25,967 bases of DNA from the IMG/VR virus record IMGVR_UViG_3300037608_000084, positions 1 to 25,967 of that record; one strand, given 5' to 3'. The notes under the pieces were generated by a model. It ran no database searches, was not told the origin of the DNA, and saw only the letters and a program-made list of their open reading frames with translations. Position 1 is the stretch's first letter. Each line of letters opens with the position of its first letter. This document shows positions 1 through 7,968 of this stretch, piece after piece. Source of the DNA: a virus (taxonomy: Duplodnaviria; Caudoviricetes). The position numbers and the translations under genes are program-made.

Positions 1-90
1 TATAATCGGCAACGGCGACAGAAGAGACTTGGATATCTATCTCCTGTTGCCTATTGGAGACAGTTTGCTATGTGGAAAGATGCAGCATGA
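1..90 (+). CDS. IS3-family transposase OrfB, C-terminal fragment (partial)
   Basis: Frame 1 reads YNRQRRQKRLGYLSPVAYWRQFAMWKDAA*. YNxxRxxxxLGYxSP is the hallmark IS3 OrfB C-terminal motif. Not in the ORF track. Confidence 0.88.
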   Translation, partial: YNRQRRQKRLGYLSPVAYWRQFAMWKDAA

Positions 91-126
91 AGATGTTTTC
101 GTATCCACGATTGACATCAGGGGTCA
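1..126 (+). mobile_element. Right end of an IS3-family insertion sequence (element continues beyond the left edge)
   Basis: Transposase C-terminus at 1-90 followed by a terminal repeat ending ...GTATCCACGATTGACATCAGGGGTCA (126). Read inward it is TGACCCCTGATGTCAATCGTGGATAC, matching the IS3-type TGA...CAATnGTGGAyAC end pattern. Confidence 0.85.
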
Positions 127-140
127 ATCCTCCTTTTATT

Positions 141-191
141 AGGCCAAGGTTAAGGTTGAGAAAAGCTTATCCTCAGCCTTAACCTTGGCCT
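141..191. repeat. 20-bp inverted repeat built from 6-mer units
   Basis: AGGCCAAGGTTAAGGTTGAG (141-160) / CTCAGCCTTAACCTTGGCCT (172-191), one mismatch, AAGCTT in the loop. Confidence 0.9.
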
Positions 192-197
192 GTAGTT

Positions 198-1274
198 TTA
201 CGCTGTTAAGAGTTTCTTCTTGTACTCTATCCACTGTGCGAGCATGATTACATCGTCGGTTCCAAGCGTGCCGTCTTTCGGTTTGAGGGTAAGCTCTATC
301 GCCGCCGGGTATGCTGTAAGGTTGGCCAGGGCAAGGGTCAGGGTGACTTCCTGCACGGTTTTTGCCACGGCATCTCCTGTCATAGCGCTACTATCTCCGC
401 CAAAAGTGTCATCCGCATCATAAGCCGCGGCTACATCGTTGTTATAAGCGGCAACCGTGAACTTTGTAGCGTCCCCTGCGGTCGCGCCTGTCTTTGCTGC
501 AAGTATATGCAAAACCATATTTGCTGTAACGTCTGCGTCGGGCGGAACCATAACTTTTGCCCCCACCGCTCCGGGTGTTCCATGATTGTTCCAGCGTATG
601 CCCAAGCCCTTTGCGGTTACGCAGTAACCGGGGACAGCGCTGTCACCGTTTGAGAATGCCGCCAAAGCAGCGCCTGCATCGGTTATGACCGGCATAGGTA
701 TAGGGATGATACCCTTTGCGCTTTTTAAGTGCTGATATATCTCCTGCAATGCCGCTTCAACTTCGGTCTGCGTGGTAAATGTCCCCGCGTCCAATATGCT
801 GATTGCCGATGCCGCGTGTGCGCCGGACCCGTCGGCCATATGTGTTGCCACATCCGCCTGCTTGACTGCCGGTTCGATATCCACCCATGCATGGGTTGTG
901 TCGATGTAGCCCGCTATGATGCCGACGAAGATATTATTTGACACATTGCCCGTAAGGTCAACCGATTCATCATCATAGATGAAGACGTTATCCCCGACGT
1001 TAGCGATGGTAATCGCCGTGTGAAGCAACATCTTGAAAAGTCCCCTGCGGCGCACAAGCACATTAATTGCAGCATCAAGGCCCAGTGTATTGTCTGCCTG
1101 CTCGCGGGCGATCCCCATGAATATCAGGTTGGCAGTGTCCGCGCCTACTACGGCGTAACCGGCGGCATTTACGCACACCATAGCCCCTGCGTAAATCTTG
1201 TCACCGTCGTCAACGGGTATGGAAATGTCCACGCCCTCGGTATATTCTGTTGTTTTGTCTGCTGATAAAGCCAT
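198..1274 (-). CDS. Head decoration/cement (DUF2190-like) protein with C-terminal extension
   Basis: 358 aa, strong RBS (AAAAGGAGG), directly after the protease. The N-terminal ~135 aa resemble Mu-like capsid cement proteins (IYAGAMV...G, GIA.E..DN, I..A.VG..V...DD.SV). A fibre-like HxAxAIS...VEAALQE motif follows. Confidence 0.65.
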   Translation of the reverse strand: MALSADKTTEYTEGVDISIPVDDGDKIYAGAMVCVNAAGYAVVGADTANLIFMGIAREQADNTLGLDAAINVLVRRRGLFKMLLHTAITIANVGDNVFIYDDESVDLTGNVSNNIFVGIIAGYIDTTHAWVDIEPAVKQADVATHMADGSGAHAASAISILDAGTFTTQTEVEAALQEIYQHLKSAKGIIPIPMPVITDAGAALAAFSNGDSAVPGYCVTAKGLGIRWNNHGTPGAVGAKVMVPPDADVTANMVLHILAAKTGATAGDATKFTVAAYNNDVAAAYDADDTFGGDSSAMTGDAVAKTVQEVTLTLALANLTAYPAAIELTLKPKDGTLGTDDVIMLAQWIEYKKKLLTA

Positions 1275-1290
1275 GTTATGCCTCCTTTTA

Positions 1291-1357
1291 TTAGCCGTTA
1301 GCTTTTAGCTGTTAGCCGTTAGGAAAACCTAAATGCTAATAGCTAATCGCTAATAGC
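1291..1357. repeat. Hairpin of tandem 7-mers
   Basis: TTAGCCG TTAGCTT TTAGCTG TTAGCCG TTAGG-AAAA-CCTAA ATGCTAA TAGCTAA TCGCTAA TAGC, filling the intergenic gap. Confidence 0.88.
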
Positions 1358-1359
1358 AT

Positions 1360-1887
1360 TTATTTGTTGTACTTCTTAAAGGTTTCTGTATCAATGCCGC
1401 ACTGCTTGTTGATCTCAAGCTGTGTCTCATCGAGTGCGCCCTCGGGCGCTTTCTCTCCGCCGGCAACCCTGCCCTGAACAACGATTACAGGCGCCTTTGA
1501 GACAAAGACCTGAAAACCTGCAAGGTCTCTTTTTGCATAGTCTGTTGCCCAGTCTTTCTGTGCCGGTGTTATCTTGCCGTCGTTTACTGCCTGTTCAACG
1601 GCATCCGATGCCTCTTTGTCCGTAAGTTTTGCCTTGATGCCGGCAAGCTCTGTCGAAAGAGTTTCAACCGTGCCGTGCGACTGTTTCATTGCCATGATAG
1701 TACCTGTGATTTCTGATTCTGTTGCCCCCTCTTTGAGCCCCAGGGCGTCAATAACGCTCTTGTTGGCTATGACCGCCGACTTCCCCTCTAAAGCCTGTTT
1801 GTCGGCAATGATCTTGTTGACGGCAACAATTGCCTGGTCTTCCGTTGCTTCCCCGGTTAATCCGAGAAGTTTCAACACATTCTTCAT
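1360..1887 (-). CDS. Nested scaffold protein (Mu gpZ-like), internal in-frame start
   Basis: Strong internal RBS AAAAAGGAGG before ATG 1887 (MKNVLKLLGL...GKITPAQKDWA), as in the Mu I/Z arrangement. Confidence 0.75.
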   Translation of the reverse strand: MKNVLKLLGLTGEATEDQAIVAVNKIIADKQALEGKSAVIANKSVIDALGLKEGATESEITGTIMAMKQSHGTVETLSTELAGIKAKLTDKEASDAVEQAVNDGKITPAQKDWATDYAKRDLAGFQVFVSKAPVIVVQGRVAGGEKAPEGALDETQLEINKQCGIDTETFKKYNK

Positions 1888-2366
1888 AATTGATTCCTCC
1901 TTTTTTATATTTGAGGTTTGAGCCTCTCCGGCTTTATTTACCAGCGGGATCATCCCGTCAATATTTGGTTGATTAGTTAAGGCCACATTGATAAGCCTCA
2001 TAACCTTGTTATCCGACACCTTTTTAAGAAAAACAGGCGACAGATAACGATACTCCCTGTTTGCCAAATATTTTTTTGCCTTTTCAGTCCATTCCACGCT
2101 TGCCCATATGCCCTCCTTGCCTTTGTTGATAAGTTTTTTGATCCACCCTGCTGCCGGAGCTTCCGTCCCTGCCAGTGTCTGATGTTCGTAGTCAACAACT
2201 ATGTCATTTTTTGTGCCTCGAATGCCTCAATAATGGCCTGAGCCCCTGCGTCATCGAGTTCAAATGCCCCTTTCGGCGTGTCATGACGACCAAAAGGGAT
2301 AACCTGAATCTCTGCCGGGATGTTTTCTTCAATCGCCTTGCATATAATAAACAGTGTGTTTTCCAT
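1360..2366 (-). pseudogene. Mu gpI-like head maturation protease, frameshifted at the A6 run (2207-2212)
   Basis: RBS and ATG at 2366 give MENTLF...IQVIPFGRHDTPKGAF...EAQK, then a stop. Adding one A restores NDIVVDYEHQTL...APAAGWI...VEWT...YRYLSPVF...VALTNQPN (335 aa), the Mu-like protease motifs. Confidence 0.88.
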
Positions 2367-2367
2367 A

Positions 2368-2802
2368 TTATTTCGCTCCTTCTGTCAGATAATCCGTCAA
2401 GGCTTGTTTGATTTCTACCCAGTCCTCATTCTGCACCATGAGATACGGGCGCGCCGGTATTCTTACTTTATGTCCCCTGCCTGCCATGCCGCCCAGTTGA
2501 TGTATTCTTCCATATGGTATTGACGCTGCAGGGCCAAGCTCAACCCTGTTTCGAAATGCCTTGTAATTGATGGAATTCTTTAATATCGCCCGGTCAATAA
2601 GTGTCTTGCCGCCTGTTTTAAGCGCCCTTTTTGATGGCTGCCATCTGTTCGGCCTGCCGCTTGCGTCGAAGTTTTTAAGAATCGAGCGGCGCACAATGCC
2701 GCCTATTGTCTCCATCACCGGACTAAGATTCCCTGTCCGGTTCATGAGGTTCATAAGCATTGTCCTAACTTCTCCGTCCTTGATCTCAACCTTTATCTGC
2801 AC
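2368..2802 (-). CDS. Phage virion morphogenesis protein (Mu gpG-like)
   Basis: 144 aa with F...G.P..W..S, L...L.NSI, YGRIHQLGG and IPARPYL motifs; lies between MuF and the protease. Confidence 0.9.
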   Translation of the reverse strand: MQIKVEIKDGEVRTMLMNLMNRTGNLSPVMETIGGIVRRSILKNFDASGRPNRWQPSKRALKTGGKTLIDRAILKNSINYKAFRNRVELGPAASIPYGRIHQLGGMAGRGHKVRIPARPYLMVQNEDWVEIKQALTDYLTEGAK

Positions 2803-2830
2803 TTGACAATCCCCGTTAAGGTGCTATAAT
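2803..2830 (+). promoter_or_regulatory. Consensus sigma70 promoter antisense to the late operon
   Basis: TTGACA (2803-2808), 16-bp spacer, extended TGc plus TATAAT (2825-2830). Confidence 0.85.
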
Positions 2831-2836
2831 GTAAAT

Positions 2837-2901
2837 ATCTCTGCTGTGGGCCATGTTCCAATACGGCAAAGACCGGTGGACTTTTACATGGGGAAGTGAC
2901 C
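2837..2901 (+). ncRNA. Putative structured small RNA: two hairpins with kissing loops
   Basis: Hairpin 1 (2838-2872) has loop CCAUGUU. Hairpin 2 (2875-2901) has loop ACAUGG. The loops pair over 6 bp, and G-U pairs favour the + strand. Starts ~6 nt after the -10 box. The 3' end is not defined. Confidence 0.6.
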
Positions 2902-2907
2902 ATCCTA

Positions 2908-4038
2908 TTATCTTTCATAGATCAAAATCCCTTTTCTGATACTGTCCAGATAATTTGCCTGTCCGACTTTCAAAAATGTATATGACAACCATTGGCCCCT
3001 TGCCCCTTCAGCGACAAATAACAACCTCTGATTCCTGCCGGTTTCCACAAAAGACACATACCTCTTTCTTAGTACAACCTTGCCGGTCTCGTTTTCTTTC
3101 TCTGCCTGAAGCCATATTTCGTAAGGAGATTTTACAACCTCTTCGATAAGAGGAAGGTATCTCTCCCGTCCGTCAATTTTCAGGTGGTTTATAAATTCAT
3201 CGTTAAGAATAAGAGGGTCGCCAACGACATCTTTAAGCGTCTTGCCCATCAAGTTTGCTTTGTATAGCTCAACCGCCTTTTCTCCTTTCGGCCACAACGC
3301 GGTATTGGATAGTATATAGTCACTTACTGTTTTTGCCGATTCCCGGCCATAGTTGTCAAAGGTCTCTTGAATAAGCGGTGTCCATCTGGCCGGATCACCC
3401 TTAAGTCTTTCAAACTGTTCGCCGGTAAGCATTCTCCCCATGCCTTCGCCGGGATTATTTTTGAACCCTGCATCGGCAATATCGGGCAGGTCGTTTTCTA
3501 CCTTCAGCCCATCCCGGTCAAGTTCGCTTTTCGAGACGCTCACCACTGTGCACCGGCAGTTAAAACCATTTGGCGGGAAGTTTCGTGTCCAGAAGGGATC
3601 GTCATGCGGCGCCACCTTCCCGTTCATCGCTGCATGAAGCGGCCTTGTCCTGCCGTCCATGACCGCCACATACTGCCAGTACGGCCTTGTTTGCGTTGTC
3701 CGCATCAGTTGCTGATAATGTCCCGCCTGAAACGCCGATTGTACGTTTGTCCGGAAAACCGTGTCGAGCCGGTAAGGTTGTTCGCCGCCCCATCCCCGCA
3801 GGGCTTCCGCTTCTTTCACCGACTTTTTAAAGTCTGCGAATGTCGTCTTCTCGGAAATGGCTTTATCCATGGCATTATAGAAGTCTCCCATTATATCCAT
3901 CCGTGTGATCCCGGATACGGTAAATGCCTTTGCCCGCGCTTCATCGGTCAGTAGACGGTACTTGTCCGGCGTAAGGGCCGTCTTGTCCTTGAAGGTCTTT
4001 ATCGCTTCATCAAATGTCGGTGTGGCAAACTCAATCAT
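2908..4038 (-). CDS. MuF (SPP1 gp7-like) minor head protein with C-terminal PBECR2-like nuclease domain
   Basis: N-terminal RLDTVFRTN, YWQYVAVMDGRTRPLH and PPNGFNCRC motifs. C-terminal RERYLPLIEEVVKSPYEIW...LRKRY...YTF...YLDSIRKGILIYER fits the PBECR2 pattern. Confidence 0.85.
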   Translation of the reverse strand: MIEFATPTFDEAIKTFKDKTALTPDKYRLLTDEARAKAFTVSGITRMDIMGDFYNAMDKAISEKTTFADFKKSVKEAEALRGWGGEQPYRLDTVFRTNVQSAFQAGHYQQLMRTTQTRPYWQYVAVMDGRTRPLHAAMNGKVAPHDDPFWTRNFPPNGFNCRCTVVSVSKSELDRDGLKVENDLPDIADAGFKNNPGEGMGRMLTGEQFERLKGDPARWTPLIQETFDNYGRESAKTVSDYILSNTALWPKGEKAVELYKANLMGKTLKDVVGDPLILNDEFINHLKIDGRERYLPLIEEVVKSPYEIWLQAEKENETGKVVLRKRYVSFVETGRNQRLLFVAEGARGQWLSYTFLKVGQANYLDSIRKGILIYER

Positions 4039-5624
4039 TCCAAAGACCGCCCCTTGATATCTGCCATAACCATTGCCACAGACATGACCTGCCTGAACTG
4101 TTCCATATTTATGTCCCTGTATATATCAGCAAGCCTTGCCTGCACGTCTTCATACGATGTTGACGCATTCAGAACCTTTTCTATAACTGCCAGGTCAGGT
4201 GTGCCCTGTTTTATTGCGATGTTAACAAGGGAATCAATATAATGCTGGGCTGTAACCAAACCGGCTATCCTGTCCGGGGCCTGTCCTGCCTTGTTAGCAT
4301 TTAGCTTAGATAAGGTTGAGGCTGAGTCTAAGCTTTCCTTATCCTTGACCTTAGCCTTATCCTCGGTCTCGTCCTTTTGCGGGCTTGTCAGCGTTTCTTC
4401 CCCTTTTCCTGGCTCCGGTATCCCGAAACGCTCCTGTATGTGTTTGATCCCGATTTTGTTATACCCCACGTCTTTAACCAGTATGCCGTAGACCTTTGCC
4501 GTCTTTTCCAAATCTTCCTCGCCTGCAAAGTGAAATACAAATTTCGGGACGGCTTTACCCGGACCATAGTTAAACGCTGCCCATGGCGCCAGCAATTGGA
4601 ATTTGATCGTCTTCATCAGCGCCTTTGCATCGGATTCGAGAAGATCCTGTCTGATCTCTTTCGCCTGTTCTTCGCTGCCCAGTCTACCCGGCGTCCCTTC
4701 TGTGCTGCCCGTGTGCCCGAGCACCGCCTTGCTCATCGCCTTGTCACAAAAACCTGCAAAATCGGCAAACGACGTATTGCTGCCCGTTACCTTTGACTCG
4801 ACAAGTTCGATGATTGTTGAATCGGAGATCACTGCCGCAGCGTCGACGCCGAGATTGAATACCGCATGTTTCAATGCCGTAATATCGGCAGGCGATGCGC
4901 CTGGCGAATATTTGCCGATCCGCATCGGCACGCTGAAAAGCTCGTTGAAAATCAGCCAGTCCTTAATGTCGTAGTTTTTAAACAGATACATATAAGCGGA
5001 CGGACGGAGCAACCCCCCGCGGGCCGTAGCCCCCGAACGGGCTCTGTATTTATGCACAATAAACTTGTTGGGTATCAATTCCTCGCCCCATACCGGATGT
5101 GCGTCGGTAATCAGCCGGGGGGATTCAAGCAGCGCTTCCGGTGAATTGAAGGTAAACCTTCTCTGGTGAACCCATTTAATGTCGTCAATCCAGACCATGC
5201 CTTCTGATATCTTCCACATGATCTCGCTCACCGCGAACCCCTTGCCGACTGCGTCAAGCATATCAGCAAGCGCATCGTCCCAGTTTTCTATATACCCGAT
5301 CATCTCTTCCGCTGCTGCGGCGATCTTCTTGTCTTCCGGCGAATCCGAGGCCGGGAGAATTTCCCATTCAAGCCCGGCCGCGGCAAGTTTCCGGGTCTGA
5401 AAAATACCGGCAAGATGAAGGTCTTTTTCCTCCATCTCCTCAAAAAGTTCGGCCTGCCTCGTTACATCGCCCTGATCCGCCTCCCTGAAAATGGCTGCAA
5501 GCCTCGCCGGGGTGAGCCCCGCCGACGGATATGATCCGTATCGGTCGCGTACCGTCTGAACCGCTATTTCCTGCATGATCGGTTTATTTGATTTTATTTC
5601 TTTGCCGTAGCGATCTATAATCAT
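4035..5624 (-). CDS. Portal protein (Mu gp29 / DUF935)
   Basis: 529 aa; GLTPARLAAI, LFEEMEEKD, DAVGKGF...EI.W, P.RIGKY and SKAVLG motifs. Confidence 0.93.
   Translation of the reverse strand: MIIDRYGKEIKSNKPIMQEIAVQTVRDRYGSYPSAGLTPARLAAIFREADQGDVTRQAELFEEMEEKDLHLAGIFQTRKLAAAGLEWEILPASDSPEDKKIAAAAEEMIGYIENWDDALADMLDAVGKGFAVSEIMWKISEGMVWIDDIKWVHQRRFTFNSPEALLESPRLITDAHPVWGEELIPNKFIVHKYRARSGATARGGLLRPSAYMYLFKNYDIKDWLIFNELFSVPMRIGKYSPGASPADITALKHAVFNLGVDAAAVISDSTIIELVESKVTGSNTSFADFAGFCDKAMSKAVLGHTGSTEGTPGRLGSEEQAKEIRQDLLESDAKALMKTIKFQLLAPWAAFNYGPGKAVPKFVFHFAGEEDLEKTAKVYGILVKDVGYNKIGIKHIQERFGIPEPGKGEETLTSPQKDETEDKAKVKDKESLDSASTLSKLNANKAGQAPDRIAGLVTAQHYIDSLVNIAIKQGTPDLAVIEKVLNASTSYEDVQARLADIYRDINMEQFRQVMSVAMVMADIKGRSLE
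4309..4373. repeat. 6-mer periodic hairpin embedded in the portal CDS
   Basis: GATAAG GTTGAG GCTGAG TCTAAG|CTTTC CTTATC CTTGAC CTTAGC CTTATC CTCGGT CTCGTC; encodes DETEDKAKVKDKESLDSASTLS. Confidence 0.8.
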
Positions 5625-5743
5625 GTCCTATATACCCTCTACAATCGCCGTTGACATAGTTATAACAGCTGTCAATAAAGTTATCTGAGTATTTGCCCTC
5701 ATCCGGGACATTGCATGCGGCACAAAGCGAAATCCGTAACTTA

Positions 5744-7456
5744 TCACCATAATCCCCTTGCCCTGGCCAGCCCTGATCGGGCGGGTCCGGATCTGTCGTT
5801 ATCCCGGCGATCATCGTCAGCCTGTTCATCCTTAAATGGCGAACGCCTTGCCACTGTCTCATATGTGATCCGCCCCATTCCGCTCTCAAGGAGGCATTTA
5901 AGCATCTCCAGCGCGTCGGGTCCATCGTCGTGTCCACCCTTGCCCTTCGGGCGGTAGTACATCAACTGCTTTTTTAATTCACCCATGCCATATTTCTTAA
6001 ACCTGATCCATCCATTCTTAATCCACGGTTGGAGGGTTATAATGCGCAAATCTTTATCCGTATTGGGCTTGATGCCCTTCACATTCATGGTGAGGCCGCG
6101 CTTGTGCGCCTCCTTCTCGAATACGTCCTTAAAATATTCCTGAAATTGAATCTCTTCGATTGCAAAGGCGTTAAATGGATCACGCCGGTGGTATTCAAGA
6201 ATGTCGTCAGCAATCTTGTCCGGGTGCCTCTTTTCAATATCCGCCACTGTCAGATAAATGATATTGTCCTTCATCCTGCCGCCTATAATTGCCGACGGGT
6301 CGGCATGTTTTGATCTCTTGCCCATGGACGGGTCGCATGCTCCTCCCTGGGGGATGTCCGCAAAATCAATTGCGTCTTCTTCATAATCCTGAAACCATTC
6401 TTCCAGAAAAACTGCATCCTCCGGGTTAATAGGTTCATTTTGTTTTTCCGAATTGAAATATGCCGGGCCCTCGGAGATATACATCTTCATAAGGTAATAA
6501 TAGGGCTCACGCTCCGGCCACAGTACTTGTGCGCCTGCCAGCATTGCAGCTTCATGCGCCTTGTAAAATGCGTCGGCCGAGGCCTCTGCATCCTCTTTAG
6601 AAAGGTTGCCATCCGTGAAGATCGACTCCCATGTTTCCCAGAGCTTCGAGGCCGAAAACGAAAGGACAGCCCTAAATTTCTGCCCCTTCCATCCGGGTTT
6701 GCGCAAAAGATTATTTAACAGGCTGTCATAATGCAGGATTGTACCTATAACGATATAGACCGTATCCGGCTGGCCGATCTTCATTAATGCTTTAAAAAAC
6801 CACTTCTCCAGCTTCTTTCTCTGGTCGGGGGATTCGACAGCTTCGTCATTTTCCAGATCATCCCCTATGACGAGATCGGGCCGTTTACTGCCGTGTCTCA
6901 TGCCTCTAAGTTTTTGCCCTGCACCTGCGCCCCGGATCTTCACGGCGTTTCTGGCAATGATGGTGTCCGCGCGCCACACCGGACCCTCTCCGCACATATC
7001 CGGGAAGTCCTGTTTTAAACGCTCGTTGTCTTCTAATTCTGCTTTAATGAACGAGATGAAGTCCTGGCTTTGCAGGGCTGTCTCCGAGACAACGAGGACA
7101 AAATGCCTGTGTTTATAGGCCGCGCACCACAGCGGGAGGATAAGTGTTGTCCAGGTGGACTTTGCGTTGCCCCTCGGTGCGGCATCGGCTTCTCTGTCGC
7201 CTTCCCCGGTTGCGATTGCCTTGGCAATCATTGCCGGGTATCGTTCGCAGAAATATTTATGCAGCGCAGAGGGCGGAGTATCTAAGTAATGAGGGAAGTA
7301 TGTCTTCCCGAAAAACTCCAGGTCTGTTCTTGCCCGGGCTATGCGCTCTTTCTGCGCCTTCTTGTCATCCGGGAAGGGCTTCGCCTTACTCTGAATCAGC
7401 GCCCTTAAGCTCTCAATCTCCCGGTCAAATCTTTTTTCTTTAGCGGTTATGGCCAT
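5744..7456 (-). CDS. Terminase large subunit
   Basis: 570 aa; APRGNAKST Walker A, IGDDLEND Walker B, GT coupling motif, DPS and HDDGPDALE nuclease motifs. Confidence 0.95.
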   Translation of the reverse strand: MAITAKEKRFDREIESLRALIQSKAKPFPDDKKAQKERIARARTDLEFFGKTYFPHYLDTPPSALHKYFCERYPAMIAKAIATGEGDREADAAPRGNAKSTWTTLILPLWCAAYKHRHFVLVVSETALQSQDFISFIKAELEDNERLKQDFPDMCGEGPVWRADTIIARNAVKIRGAGAGQKLRGMRHGSKRPDLVIGDDLENDEAVESPDQRKKLEKWFFKALMKIGQPDTVYIVIGTILHYDSLLNNLLRKPGWKGQKFRAVLSFSASKLWETWESIFTDGNLSKEDAEASADAFYKAHEAAMLAGAQVLWPEREPYYYLMKMYISEGPAYFNSEKQNEPINPEDAVFLEEWFQDYEEDAIDFADIPQGGACDPSMGKRSKHADPSAIIGGRMKDNIIYLTVADIEKRHPDKIADDILEYHRRDPFNAFAIEEIQFQEYFKDVFEKEAHKRGLTMNVKGIKPNTDKDLRIITLQPWIKNGWIRFKKYGMGELKKQLMYYRPKGKGGHDDGPDALEMLKCLLESGMGRITYETVARRSPFKDEQADDDRRDNDRSGPARSGLARARGLW

Positions 7457-7968
7457 TATTGATATTTATCCTTTGCCCACTTCACGAACTCGTCAAAGTT
7501 CTTCTCAATGGCTGCCACTGTATCCGGATCGTTCCTCGATAGCCAATCGATAAGGTCCCTCATAAAATCGACAAAAAGCGTCGCCTTAAATGCGCCAGTT
7601 TTCGCCTTGATCTCCATGATGGCTGTTATCACTCCCTTGTAGGCATGTACGTCCTGAGCATCGAGCTTGTCACCCGGGGACAGTTCATCAAAATACCGCT
7701 CATAGTTTTGTTGCAGTTTCTCCAGCCCGGAGATCGCCCTGTCTTCTGCGCCGGCGATTACATCGGCGGTTCTTTGCTGCTCCGCCTCTGCCCGCGCCGC
7801 ACGATCCTTCCAGTTGTATTTGTTCATCCACTCGTAAAGTGTAGGCTTGCTAATAATGTAGCCGGTCTTTTTCAGTTCCCTGACGGCAAGTTCCATATTA
7901 AACCCTGCTTTTTTACAGGCCTGATAAGCCGCCTCGTGCGTCTCGGGAAGATAGCTTTTTTTAGCCAT
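7456..7968 (-). CDS. Probable terminase small subunit (Mu gp27-position protein)
   Basis: 170 aa; HTH-like ISKPTLYEW...W; coupled to terL. Confidence 0.7.
   Translation of the reverse strand: MAKKSYLPETHEAAYQACKKAGFNMELAVRELKKTGYIISKPTLYEWMNKYNWKDRAARAEAEQQRTADVIAGAEDRAISGLEKLQQNYERYFDELSPGDKLDAQDVHAYKGVITAIMEIKAKTGAFKATLFVDFMRDLIDWLSRNDPDTVAAIEKNFDEFVKWAKDKYQ

Noticed and set aside
37-117. Minus-strand ATG at 117 after the RBS as the start of the major capsid gene
   Set aside because: It stops after 26 codons and lies inside the IS3 end.
1291-1357. Periodic repeats as a CRISPR array or intrinsic terminators
   Set aside because: The units are 6-8 bp with no spacers and no cas genes, and they lack U-tracts in the coding direction.
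2851-2867. tRNA T-arm-like GTTCCAAT
   Set aside because: There is no cloverleaf or proper T-stem; the two-hairpin fold explains the region better.
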